Shown: piece by piece, positions 14,225 to 28,200 of the stretch
Layout of the letters: each line of letters opens with the position of its first letter
Position numbering within the stretch: position 1 is the stretch's first letter
Assembly (NCBI GenBank): GCA_051362555.1
Contig: CM120640.1
Span: 44,618,788-44,682,787 of the forward strand
DNA: 64,000 nt
Direction of reading: 5' to 3'
Source: Lingula anatina
Lineage: Eukaryota; Animalia; Brachiopoda
Position numbers and translations under genes: made by a program
The notes under the pieces: model-generated
Told to the model about the DNA's origin: nothing
Database searches by the model: none
What the model saw: the letters and a program-made list of their open reading frames with translations, nothing else

Positions 14225-16737
14225 TAAAATATATAAGATCGACCAGTCCACCGCGTGCGTAAAATTGAGAAAATTCTGAAACCACAGCTGGGCAGGAGGG
14301 GCTAGTTCACAAAGATCCGTAATTTCAACAATTTTGCTCAGAAATATATTTTGCTTGTGTGTTGTACCCGGTAAAGATGACTTTAACTATATTTAAAAGG
14401 CAAAAGTCTGTAATGGAAAAAAATGACATTGTATTTGAACAATCTACATAAAATATTCAAAATGTAAATTTGAGAACAGACAAGAACTGAAATGCAACCC
14501 TGCGATCACCTTTTTGCATCTGTATAACACTGTTGTTATGCTTAGTTTGCTTTTACATATGCTCTACTTATTTCACTGTTTGATCCCAACATCATCAAGG
14601 CCTATGGGTTGTTAGTCTTCTTATTCTCAGAAGAGACAAAAACTCTTTCAAGTTATATAAAGTATACACATATCTTTTTAAACATTAAAAAAAAACAATG
14701 AAAAATTATATGAACAAACAAGATGGGCACCAATAATACAGAAGTAAATTCCCAAATCTCGCATTTGTGAAAAGGCATTGCTCCTTTCGCTAAACCGAAC
14801 TTTCATGCACATTTCCATCTGCTCAGTCTCAAAATATATTAGAAGCCTCTCTTCCTGTGTACACATATTTCTGTGTTAATTCTTGTTTCTCTCCCTCAGC
14901 AGTTCCCTAGCAGTAGGTGCTGGAACCCGCGCAATTCTAATGTTTAAGATGATCGTAGCTGACGGCAGGCATGGTTTAGCCTTTTGGGAGGATTTTATAT
15001 TATACCCTCTTAGCTGTCCTCGAGCAAAAGAATTCAAACTGTGTACAAAAATTGAATATAGCGTTGTTTTTATTACTATAAAAATTTTTTTCCAATTTTT
15101 ATGTGTATGTTCACTGCCTACGAACGTACAGGCTGCTACGCCCTTGAACCACAGTAATTTAGTCGCTGTAATCAAATTAACATTAATGATCTATATGCAC
15201 ATTGGTATTGGAATCAATTATGCAGATACATGTGGCCATGTTTGTACAAGTTATAACAAAAGTCGTCCACTGTATGAGGCGTACAAGAGCATAATTTAAT
15301 CTAGTCATAGCCGAGATATAATTTGCTCGTGTATGTTGCATACAGTGGGTGACGAGTAGTTGTAACCGACTTATCCCACGCCAGGCACTTGAGATGGACA
15401 CACTGAAGAGTATGAAAATACAGGCGAGCATGTAAGTGAAATGCAAGTGCAATTATCCTATTGTGCGAATTGTCAGCCTTGGGATAACAAAAAAAAAATA
15501 CACTAATCCAAAGTGCTAGAGTCTTCTTCCTGGTATAATAATTATAATAACTAAATATTGTCAGTGGGTAGCCTAGCTTCACAAATCCTAGCCACTTTTT
15601 CAAGAGGAGCTCACCCTGGGGCCCATGAATGGTTATGCCATTACCTGGATATAGATAATTGATAATATCCATTGTTTTTTATGGATAACAACATATAAGA
15701 AGTCTGTATTCTTGCATGACTATTTAAAAGTATCTAAAAAAGAAATCTTTTCTGTATCATCCACCCCCACAAGCAGCCTCGCTCTTAAGGATCCAAGGGT
15801 CCTATCAATGTTCTTTCTTAATATAAAATCTGCATGTGCATTAACTATTGCACGTAAGATTCATTATTAATATACCTGGATTAACAAAATTTAAAATTTC
15901 TGCAATGAAGAAAGTGAAATCACTAACTACCCCCAGAGACCCGACCCCCCATCCCCATGGATATCTGTGCCACTGCCTTGGTCTTGACTGTTGATAATAA
16001 ATATCATAATAACAACATAAGATATCTGCTTACTTCATGCTTGGGTATTAACAATAAAACAAAAAAAAAATTGACCTGTGAAACAACATGATAGGAGAAT
16101 TATATAAAGTATATAGTCACTTTTATTAGATGAAAGTTTGAGGTAAGAATTATGTAATCGGGTATCTGGAATGCAGATGTGATGAACTCTTAAAGAAACT
16201 GTTCAGTAGTATATTTTCAGTTGGTGACTAGATTCATCATTTACAGCTCAAAGCAAATAAAGCACACAGATAAAAGAAATTTTGTTTATGTTAGAAGACA
16301 ATTATTTCAAAAAGTAACTTATGAGTATCTTTTTAACACATACTATAGAGCACAAGATTCTGTTGTGCCAAAATTAAGAATCATCCAGTATTCACAAACT
16401 TTTTTTGCCACATTTCACAAAGGTGCTACTGAGTTGGAGGCTTGTATAACCTCATTATATGTCTGTTAGATATTTGTAATACTTGTTTATTAAAAGAAAT
16501 AATTGTTACGAAACAAGTATTGACGTAGACATTTGATTTTCTAAAAATAATGAATTAATACTAATTGCTCCCCGTCACCTGATAAGACATGAAAATAATG
16601 ATCTATTCAGCTCCTATATCCAAATTATAACAACTGATTACATGTTGGCAGGAAAGACGAGGACTGCTAACGTATGAGTTCCTGTTGTATTGAATGATTT
16701 TCCATGTTTTCCCATTTAGGTTCAGTGATGATGTACC

Positions 16738-19260
16738 ATGGTGTTAAAAACTGAAGACAGAACCGAGATATTTTTCAAGATGCATGGGCTTGACACAGAG
16801 AAACAGGATGGGTTCCTGGTTCAATTTAGTATTGGTAAACTCATTGAAATGGGGATTGAACACTCCATGGGCAAAACAAATGGGGAAAAATTTACCTTAC
16901 AATCAGACAATTCACAAAACAAAAATTTAAAGGAAAACAATGGTTTGTCACAAACAAAGGGATTAGAGCCAGAGGGAAATATTAAAGGAGCCTCGCCTGA
17001 GGGTTTGATATATAAAATCAATAGTTTGCAGGTTGATGACCGAAGTGGCAGAATTAACACTGGCAACGGATGTGACAAAAGTGTGAATAAGTTCGATTCA
17101 ATGGAAATATGTAGCAATTCTGAAAGTGAGACAACTGCTCTCAGTGAACTGGAGCAGTGTCACTTGGGGCAAGCTACAGATAAGCAAGGTTTATCATCAG
17201 GGCAGAATGAGCTAACCCAGGTTCCAAGAGAGAGAGTATTGCGTGTTCCCACTAAAGCTAGTCGTAAAGTGTATCCAGATTTCCAATCAGCTGACGCAAA
17301 AATGATGACATCTGCAGAAGAGACCAGATTGACAAGGAAAAGACCATCGCCAAGTGTTTCTCCTTCAGTTAACCACCCAATGCGAAAAAGTCAGAGGTTG
17401 AGAAAGGATGAGTGTTATGCCAGTGAGCAGACAGTGACGGAACCAGTTGACCTTCGAGTAGCAAATTCCAAATATTATAAGAATGATCCATTGCCCAAGC
17501 CAGACCTGGGTATATCAGATCATTGTAAAACTGGGGGATCTCACAAGCCAATAACAGCAAGAACTTCAGTTTGCATATACCCAAATGAACTGCCTAAGTC
17601 ACCACCCTCAGTACAAGGGTCAGTTGAGGTTTCCACATCTGAGGATGTTTTACCTGCCTGCCCACTTGACCTTTCTGAAAAGCCTGCAGATTCATCTTGG
17701 GTACCAAGGAATCAGACTATGTTAAGTCAGGGAAAAAGCAATGTTTGTAACAGCAGTCAAGTTTTGACACCAAATGCTGACAGTCATTTGGAATCCCAGC
17801 GGGGCAATAGGGAGTCCCCAGTTGGTGTGACAAAGAGTCACAAATGTATGAAGGCCAGGTGGTATAAAAAATGGCAGGAACAGAGAGAAGAAAAAGAAGG
17901 TAACGAAAAAGATTGCAAAAAGCTGCTTTGTAGTCAAATTTTTGTAAGACAGTTTGAATATTACTTTGTTTTTGGTAGAAGAATTTGTTAAATAATTATA
18001 TCTTGTGGGTTTCTATCATCATCATTTCAAGCAATAGAAAAGAGATGTATTGATTTGGGCTTAACAGCAAATACTAACAATTATATGCAGTTTTATGACA
18101 AGTAGATATGATTCAATGGTAAAAGTTGTGGAAAATTCATGAATGAACAGCCTCTGAATAAACAGATTGATTAATTTATTTATTTCATTAATAAGACATA
18201 CCTGTTCTGGTTGTAAACTTGTTTTATGAGGAGCAAAGTTGTGTGTTAAATTAGTAAAATCTTTTTTTTTTAGTTATCAGTCCTTGTGAATTAATATTGC
18301 AACCAAGGTGCTGTTATACTGTGCACAAAACCATTTGAATTGGTGTTGGATATTTTTTATATGTAGCTATGTAGTATTTTAGTTTTGTAATTTTTTTATC
18401 TTTTTTTATTAGAAAATCAAGACCAAGAAAAAGTAGGATTTGAAAAAGGAGCAGAACAGCTGGAACAATTGAAAAATGGAGATGATAAAAAAGGGAAGTC
18501 TGAAATGGAAGAGGATAAAAAAGAAAATTTACCTCACAAAGCAAGAAGTGAAGAAGGGGGAGTAAATGGAAATGAAGTCAAGGAAACAAGCGTAGGGTTG
18601 AACAGTGGTGCAGATGCAAACTCCACAGAAGCAAGTGCTGTAGTAAAGTCACCTTGCATGGATGTATTGGATTTCCAGATGATGAAGTCACTGCAGAACA
18701 TTTCAGCAAATCCCTATGTCCCGAAGAACATGAAAGTCAGCCGTGTCCTACACACTGGGAAGCAGAATTTATTCAAATATTCAGACTTGGTGGAGCTTAT
18801 AATTGAAAAAAGCCTGGGTGCACCTGGTGCCCAAGAAAAGAAAGCATGGCTTCTTCGTAGGGCGCGCATAAAAAAACTAGACAGCTCCTCAGATTCAAGT
18901 GAAGATGGAAATTTTGGCATCCCTTCCCTAATGGAGACTTTAGAAAATGATTGTGACAAAATCGCAAAGAATGATGCTGACAGTGGAAATTCAGCAGTAT
19001 ATGGAGGGTTGGCACTTAGTAATATGTCCAGTTTAAAACTGCCAGAAATGGATTCAAATGCCAGGCGTAAGTTGTGCACATTTGTCCCAGGTAAATTTGT
19101 CTGCGTGGGGAATTCTTTGAAGGCAATCTCTCAATTTTCCCCTGCTGCATCCAGGAAAGGTGAGTTGGGTCCTGATGATGATGATGATGATGATGGAGAT
19201 GAAGAATACAGTAATTCCAGTTTCAGCTCTGGGTCAACCACAAATGATAGTAATATATAG
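16738..19260 (+). CDS. Uncharacterised ~669-aa disordered protein with co-repressor-type linear motifs
   Basis: Acceptor TTTAG|16720 with in-frame TGA TGA before ATG 16738; coding exons 16738-17899 (donor AAG|gtaacg, phase 1) and 18413-19260 (acceptor ttttattag, phase 1) join in frame, 2010 nt. Long open frames in AT-rich DNA; S/E/K/P-rich; PLDLS, PVDLR, two LxExxIExS(L/M)G helices, basic NLS-like RKRP and RKSQRLRK. Confidence 0.8.
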
Positions 19261-21803
19261 TTTGTATTGTGTGTTCACACATTGTGATGCTGTATTGTCT
19301 GTATCAAGGTACAATATTTTAAAATATAATGTAAAACAGTTGTAAAACAGTTGTTTTTGTGTGGCCAGTATGTTATGAGAAAATTTTGTTGCCAATATAA
19401 GTCATTGGACATTATGTAAAGTGCAATATTTCCCCATTAGGCCCAAGTTGTCAGCCATTTTGTGACCCTATTTTTGTAACTTTTTAAACATTGTTCCAGT
19501 CATTTTGATTGCATGAGAAATTCGATTCTGTTGACTTTTTTCATTTAAAATGAGCTATTTAAAAAGAAGCCAAACAGAAAAATGTATTGTATTTGTACTT
19601 TATATGCTAACAAAATATTGAAGGTCTAAACTGAATGCTTTTGTTTTGCATTCACATGTTAAATTTATGCATAAAACTAACAGATTCCTCTTAAATATCC
19701 CAGGAAATACGAATGGGTAAAAGGGAACGTGAATGTTGTTTTTAGACTATAGAGTATGTTAGAATGATGTTTTTATGGGTTGTTATTTGTTATCTTGGCA
19801 GACACTTGAAAGAGAAATGCTTTTTTAAACTACTGATAATTGAAGAATGAAATGAAATTATGTATATGTGATGCCATGTGCGTGACATCACTTGATGCAA
19901 AAGAAGGTTTACTTTTTTCCCTTTTTCTTTTGATATTATTGCCAGACTTAAAGATAATTTAGAAGGTTGAATTATAAAATTGAGATTTGCTAATGAAATG
20001 TGTTTTATTCCTTTGTTTTATAAAGTTATATACTAAGTTGAATTGATAGAAAATACAATAAAATACTTCATTTCTAAATTTGGTGATTAAACAAAGCTTA
20101 TATGGAAACATTAAAAATGAAATTTTAGGTGATATTAATAGTCGAGTATTAAAGAAGAAGGAAATATAATACTGAAATATGAAAGGAGTATCCAGAATAA
20201 TTTTGACTAAATAATAAGAAAGTAGATTTCAAGCACCTCACATTCACAGGGTATCATCACATGTTGTTGACATTATTACATAATTTTGTTTCCAAGACAG
20301 CAATGTTAGTTGGGCCTGTTTCATGTTTTTTCCCATGGCAGTTGTATTGATTTTGTTGCAGAGAAAGCAATCATATTAATCTAATAATAAAAGTAATCTT
20401 TATTGAGCACTAAAATGTGTACACGTTACATTTTACAGGCTCTCTTCTCTAGTTTTATAACATCTATATAAATACAAAATACATTTGGAATGATTACTGG
20501 GAAGTAGCACAGGTTAAAACGACTATTGCTAGTGCTGGGTATATTAATCTAATAATGTTAATTGTACAAAGAAAGATTTTATGTAAAGTTATTATTTTAT
20601 TATTGTTTACAAATATATTTTGATGTACATGTATTAATCTCTAGATCTAGTTGATGATAGACTCACCCAAGTATGAAAGTATTGTAAAAAAATGTTGATA
20701 GTTACGTACACTATTTGGACAAGTATACTTGTATACATATTCTCTCTTGATATTGTGTAAGAGTATTTACTTTAATACAACAAGTAACCCTGTGCATAAT
20801 TAGGGATAAATAGATATGTAAGCAATCAGTATGTACAATGTCTATCCAGTATAAACCAGTAATCCAGATCACTCTGGACTGTTCTTCATCTTAAAAACTT
20901 AGATACATTGGTTTTAAGCCTAGTTTTATTCCCTCTGGATTCCCTCAGACTCATAATCACTGCAAATGTCATTTTGCAAACAACGTGTAGGTGAAGGAAA
21001 ACACATTGGTAACAAATATTATATTTACAACAATCAACACACATCCGGTTGGCAGTACTCTTAATTTTTGTTAAGATACGTATTTTTAAAGCAATGTGGC
21101 AGCTGCTTTTGAAAGCTCCTTAACACTCTACAGTATATGTAATTATAATTGATGTCATGATTTCTGGAAGGTGGGCCAAAATCATGGTATTTGTGAAGTT
21201 TACAGGTGCTGGCACAAGTTTCTCAGGAATCCGTAGATATTTATACTGAATGACTGAACAAATGACATGCTGGGTTTAGTAGACCTGCACCTCCATTACA
21301 GCATCAAATCTGCTGTGGACGTACTGCATACGTACCCTTACAAATAGTTAGTTTAACCCTTCATGATTATGGTTTCATCATGTGGGATCCATTTCAGCAG
21401 CCAGATATTAACAAATTTGGACCTATTCAGCATAAAGCCCACCAGATTATTTATCGCTCAAGATTTCAAATCTCCTGACCTTGGTTTTGTGACTGGAATG
21501 TTAGATTTAGAAATCCCTTCAGGTGCAGGGGAAAGAGGGCTGCAATTTAATTATGTGCACTTTTCTCTCACAGTAGAGATTTGTGCCATGAATTGGCCAG
21601 AGACATATCTGTGAATATCTTGTGAAAAATCAATCTGTGACTCTGGTAAAGGGTATGCTCCATGTGTGGTGTAGGAGGATGGTGCCAGCTGTACTGCCGG
21701 ACTATTATCTTACTCTTAAAACAGATGCGTATAATAGTCATGCCAATGTGTGCCAACATACTGACTCTTAATCCAGAAACACCATTGTATTGTATGTTGT
21801 TGT

Positions 21804-22012
21804 CAGGGCTTTTTCCAGGATTAGGGGTACAGGCTGTCCAAAATTACCACCTAAAATTTCATACAAAATTTCAGGGAGTCCAAGTATGCCTCAAGTTGTC
21901 ATATTGCCAAAAAAATCCATAAGCCGTCCAGTCGTCTTTGAAAATATAGGCCGTCTGGTGATGCTGGCGGCCATCCAAATGACAGCTGGATGGTTCGCTG
22001 GGAAAACCCTTG
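21804..22012. mobile_element. hAT-type MITE with perfect 8-bp TSD
   Basis: CAGGGCTTTTTCC...GGGAAAACCCTTG flanked by GTTGTTGT on both sides (21796-21803, 22013-22020); a related right-end fragment occurs at ~57169-57227. Confidence 0.85.
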
Positions 22013-24904
22013 GTTGTTGTATATGATGATATGGAAATTATGCCTGCAGATTAAAATATGATCCAGTTAAAAAATGGCAGAAAATCTGAATCCCCCCTTA
22101 AAGTTTATGTTGTGTATGTCATTTAGGACATATAAGTATTGGGAATACTAGTGAGACTGCAGTTTGAGTAGTATAAAGTGCTAATGGCAAAATAAGTGAA
22201 ATGTCAAAAATAGACTCAATTAACAACTTGATGGATTTAATGTGTGGAAGTGAGCTATGATGAAGGAAAGTTAGTTTGCCACCACTGTAAAAACTTTTGG
22301 GTTAAAATGTCATTGAAGAGGTACGTCTATACCAGTGATTTTTTATTGTTTGTCCAGTGTCAAGTACTCTCTTGTAAATATATCTGACTATAAATAAATA
22401 TTGTATAACTTTTGTTGGTTTTGTTTGACTTGCAGATGTTGATGTTTTATCAAAGATGGAATGTGTCAAGTCTGTTGAACATGCTAGATGGAACTTCGCG
22501 TAATAAAATTGTGACCCAAAGCATGCAACTTGGAACAAAATCAATTGCCAGTTTCACTTTTTGAACTAACCCATTTTGCTTTTAAAAGGTCATGTTTCTG
22601 TTCCTAAGTCGGTAACTAAAGTTTAAACGAATATTTTTTTGGGAGTTCAAGAGGGAAATTGATTTTTACCCTCTTCCAAGGTATTAAGAAGGAGTCACAA
22701 TTTTCAAAACTGCTGGAATATGCCATTCACCATTATCAGCCAGCCATTGCAGGACTTTTTTTATCACCCTTTGGTCCTTAAACTTACTGAGAAATGTCAT
22801 CTGTAGGGCTTACTATTATACAGTTTAAATTTTAAATAAATTGGCAGGATTAGGTTCTCAACATTTCAGCTAGAAAAAGACAAAAACATAACTGTTTGAT
22901 GATTTCTCTTTAATTTAACCTTTCAAACATTTATATTCATAATTATTCATTATCTTATCTGTAACTGTAGCATTTGGACTGAAAGATCTTACTTTCCCTG
23001 GAAGGACCTTGTTTATCTGTATTTTTTCTAATGCTGCTTCTTGCAGATTCGTTTGGTGCATTTCTAACTAAAGCCAAAACATTAATCAAGACTGGATTTA
23101 TGTGGTGTCCTTGCTGATTATTTGCTAAGTATTTTCTGAATATCAATCATACTCATGGGCAAAATTAAAATGTTTATACCTATATTTACATGCACATACA
23201 ACAAACATCAAAAATATAACTAGATATTTCTGAAAGGAGAGACTTTAAGAAATGTGATACAGTCAATGTACATTTTTTTTAATTAACATTTATCAGTGGG
23301 AAGAAATATACAAATAACCAAACACAAACAAAGAAAAATATAAATATACAAACAAAATTTACATAACACATGAATCTTCTGATAAAAGTAAGTGGTAACC
23401 ATAAGTACAAAAATGCTTCTACAAAAAAGTTTTAATGAAACTACCTTAAGATCTGCATGACTGAAGCATGTAAATAGGCTGACATATACAGATGTGAAAA
23501 AAGGAAGAAAAATAAATATCACATTTTATGTAAATACAGAAATATATAAATTAGTTATTTCCCAGCACCTCTACTTGAATAATCTGCTTTCATCTGCCAC
23601 GTCTGCTGTATAGTTGCTAATTATAATTACAACCCTGAGTTTCAGTTTGGTTTGCCAGCTCTCCTCACATAAAAGCCAAACTTATCCCCTATCAGCAGGC
23701 ATACTTGGAAATTAGAGATGTGAAGAACCTGGCCTGCTTCTCATTGCCTTGGAATATGAAACTAGGGCTGTTTTTGCAATAGCAATAAACTAAATATTTA
23801 CATTTCTGCTGATACTCTGAAATGCTGAGTTGCACCAGTTAGACCAGGCTATTTCTCAGTTCATCAAATAAATTTAACATCAAGTTCCTCTAGGCCAGCT
23901 TCTCAAATACATAAGACCCTGCACTGGGATTCAAAAATTTTAATTTTTGAAATAAGTACCAAGAATGCCGAGATATTTTTCAAGACTGTTATTTCTTAGT
24001 TTGCACCTATGACAGACAAATCCACAGACAATTGCATTTTACTTTACTTTGAAACACAGGATAACTCAGGGTGCACTGCTATTTGATTTAATCTACGTTC
24101 AGTAATACCTGTATACACCCAGCTAGGCACTGTACATAACTAGTACATGACAGCCTTGGCATGGGGAGGTCAGAGGCAGTTATTACCCTCTCAGGTCATT
24201 GACCTATCTGCTCTCGAGGCACATCTAAATCTCATTTACCTTTGTCTGATGCTTTGTCTAGCATTTTTTCTATGTATTATAAATGGCAGCACCTGGAGAT
24301 ATGTGATCTCAGTCATGCACATCACGCAAATTGTTATTGCCGCAGAGAGTTCAATGACACAAGCTATCATTTATCTTCTAAGCAATCTGTAAAAAGAACA
24401 TTCTGACCTGAATGAAGAGGTTGTTGACTGCTCTCAATGGAAAAAATAGCTGCAGTCCATTGACCTGCAATCTGGTGTTATACTATCCAGAGTTTGTGCA
24501 TATTGTTTTTTACAGTCTGGGTGTAATGTCACCTAGTCTTATGATGATCAAGATAAAATTGTATATAGAAGTGTTACCTAGAGCCAGATATTGGATTGTT
24601 ATCGGGAGTCTGGTATTAGATCATGAGTCTGGCATCAAACTGTGACCTAGAGCCAGGTATTACAATGTTGAATCTGGCATTAACTGTGGTCTAGAACCTG
24701 GCATTATTTTTGACCAAAGGTATGGTATCGTGTTATGACCTGCAGTATTAATTTAATGGTCAGACTTATATGAAATATTTTGAACTAAAAGCTAACATAA
24801 CATTTTGATCCACATTGTACAGTCTATTTTCAAAGTTTGCTCTAGAATCTGGTGTATGATAACATTGCAATCTACACTGTACAGTCTGATATTCAATAGT
24901 GACC

Positions 24905-25223
24905 CAGAGACTGGTATCATGACACTGTGGCCTAGAGTATGGTATCATGACATTGTGGCCTAGAGTCCGGTATCATGACACTGTGGCCTATAGACTGGTA
25001 TCTTGACATTGTGGTCTAGAGTCTGGTATCATGACATTGTGGCCTAGAGTCTGGTATCGACATTGTGGCCTAGAGTCTGGTATCATGACACTGTGGCCTA
25101 GAGACTGGTATCATGACACTGTGGCCTAGAGACTGGTATCATGACACTGTGGCCTATAGACTGGTATCTTGACATTGTGGCCTAGAGTCTGTTATCATGA
25201 CATTGTGGCCTAGAGTCTGGTAT
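24905..25223. repeat. 28-bp minisatellite (~11 copies) in the CSPP1 3'UTR, with degenerate copies back to ~24460
   Basis: Unit approx. AGAGTCTGGTATCATGACA(C/T)TGTGGCCT, head-to-tail with no spacers. Confidence 0.95.
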
Positions 25224-25242
25224 TGTGGGGTGATGCTGCTGT

Positions 25243-28200
25243 TTAGTAGTGGGTTCCAGCAGAGTCCCTGGTGCCTGGTCTGAGCCAGGAGTCGTCCTGG
25301 AGCGTATTCCCTGAAGCAGGCCTCTGATGGTCTTGTCTGGCCATGAAGTTATTCAGCACATCATCCGGATCCATCATAGAGATATCATCACCTGGAATTT
25401 ATTTGAAAAAAGAGTAAGAGAAAAGGTTTTGAAGTTTGCCAAAATATTAAGTTGTTTGGCATAACTAAGTACAAGAACTATTTGCTCCTTGTTAAAATCT
25501 AAAGTACATGTAAATCTATAAGTACTTGGTGATACACCGTAGATTTTATCTTAAATTTCAATTTGATTTAAAAACAAGAAAGAAAAAGATAGGGAATTAG
25601 GTGTCAATAGCATACCACAGTCTTTCACAAGATCCCACTAATTCCTATTTGTGATAGAAAAATTACATGCAAAAATACATGCGAACCATGTAATAAATCA
25701 AAAATAAATAAAATATCAATTTTGAATATGTGTTATATAATAACAATACAAATAAGAAATCACAGACAACACTTTCTTTGCTATTTGATAGACATCACAG
25801 TGTATAAAACAACATGTTAGAAAAATGTATAAGATACTATTCATGAAGTAAACAGGACTACCTACACCACTATTATACAGAATTAAACATTCATTTACAA
25901 GACTGATTATCAATATTTGCACAACATATACCTCATTTCCAGAGATTAGATCGATCTACTTTAGATCGACCTAACTCCCTGGGGGTTCACGCTAAATAGC
26001 TGTCAGCCGGGCGGACACAAAAGTTAATTACCCCCTTACAGCTTGTAGTAGGCGGGACGGACATTTAAGCCGGATTATCTGACAGTAATCTAGTGAGACT
26101 CCCCGCAGGGATAGATCGATCTAAAAGCTCTGGAAATACAGCCATAGTTGCACAACATAGTCACAAGAATAAATTGACACTGTTAAGAAAAAAAGAATTC
26201 TATAATTTTTATACAGTTTCTGTACTTTTATTTTTATTTAAAAAAAAAAAAAAGCTGATAGATTTCTTGAGATTTCTTTAATGAAAATTGCATCCCAAAA
26301 CACACACAAATATGGCTAAATTTCACATTTACAATATAATGTGCCACAATAATACCCAAAATCATTTTACTGTAAGCTTATTAGTCACAAGTGTAAAAAA
26401 TCATTGTTATTAGTACATAAAATGTGCACATGTAGCATACTGATTATAAACACCTATTGTGCTAGCACTGGCGGATCTCCTTAGTTTATCGTGTGACCGG
26501 GAGACTGGCACTTTACGTTGCTTTAAAAATACTGTGCATGCATGCATCAAAGGAAGAATGTGAGTGTCATACATGTATTATTAGAGAGCTTTACAGAGTT
26601 GTTATTGAAAATACTTAGACAGATGTTATCCTATACTTTTTTTCTGTAGTAAGATAATCTTAATCAGAATAAAATTTAAGGCAAAGAAATGTCAAACAAT
26701 ACAGTAATTACCTGGATATGACGCATATGCAGCCTTAAAACTGTTGTTCTTAAACATGTTATTACAGATTATATTTTCACACCATAAGGGCTCCTAAGAA
26801 ATCACTATGTCATATATAAAGTATTTTGCATCTTGTCACCACAAAGCTTACTGACCTTGTATACTCCTAAGTTTTCTAAGACGTTCCTGATTTTTCTTGG
26901 TAATCTTATCTGCATCAAGACTAAGTTGTGATCCAATGGATAAGTTATCAGGTTGGCGCTGAAAAAAATAGGGAAAAAGTACGATGAAAGACTCAATGAA
27001 GTGCTGGATGATTTCCTATACAACCAATTCTCCTAAATCTCCCAAATCTCTACTAGAATGTGATCAAAACATGAAGCATCATAAAAAAATATAAAATTTT
27101 TCAAAATATCATGATCCAGTAATCATCATCAATGTATCTGCCTCATATATATCAGACAAGTTAAGTAGTTTTTGGATTTTATTCATTCATTTACTTATGA
27201 CTATTTTTGTCTATACTCTGCCTTTCTATTCTTTTTCTTCAAATAATTTAACCTGATGCATGTTAAGTAATCTATGAAAAAATACAAATTATATTTTACT
27301 GGTAGTACTTTCTAAAACTTAGTAAAAAAAAAAGTAGTCTTAAAATACTTCTATACAGCACACAGGGAAAGGGTTAATAAGCACATCCTCAATTCCATGA
27401 ATTCTAAATCTGATCAAAACATTTTCCTGGAAGTAACATGTTGACCACAATGAAGAAAACCAGAGGATGTTGTTGAGTTTGACATATGAAATCACAGCAT
27501 ACCCTGGGTGATTGCTGGCGCTGCCTACGCCTTGATCTTGCAGATTCATTTCTTCGCGCTGGCTCAAGGTCATCTAAGTCATCAGGGAAGACTCCATTGT
27601 CATCCACACCTGTACAGTGGAATGAGAGATTGAATGTTACACAAGAAGATGTTTGGAAATTCATATACAGACAAGGGAGTAAAAGATTGGAAATTTGGGA
27701 AGACGTAAAAAGATCTTTAACAACTACAAAAACACTTTCTTTAACATTTGTAGAAACCCACTAAGTCTTATACAACTTATGATTATTATCCAATCTAATT
27801 TCTAAAATTGTACTAGGAATGTTTTTCATACACATCAATATTTTTCACAAGTGAAACCAAAGTCAATGATGTCACATTTAAGAAAGGTCTCTGCCCAGAT
27901 TCTGTAAATAAATGAAAACAAGGTGACATCTAACATCCAATATTCACTTATAGGAGATTATAGAAAATGACTAAACATACGTCAACAGGACCTATACATT
28001 ACATCAGAGATACATGACAACATAAGCGATACAAAACAAAATAATTGACATTACTGACCACCATAATATACATTTAACATTATCATTGTCACATATATTG
28101 TGGTCAGCAAACAAAACATGCACAACAGAGATGTCAACAAAATGTTAAATGTGAGAAAAAGTATTCAAAATCCCAAACAACTTTACAAATTTACTTATGT

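Noticed and set aside
13596-15146. Larger element with GGGGCATAGC / GCTACGCCC ends enclosing 13777-14224
   Set aside because: The match is short and imperfect with no convincing TSD; boundaries cannot be supported.
17900-17991. C-terminal part of the 417-aa ORF and the donor TTT|gtaaga at 17943
   Set aside because: This phase-0 donor is out of frame with the 18413 acceptor; the phase-1 donor at 17899 gives a continuous frame, so this is probably intron read-through.
16821-19345. Antisense and alternate-frame ORFs over the unnamed gene
   Set aside because: Shadows of the coding frame with no independent motifs or splice support.
24905-25223. 28-bp repeats as a CRISPR array
   Set aside because: Units are head-to-tail with no unique spacers, there are no cas genes, and the context is a eukaryotic 3'UTR.
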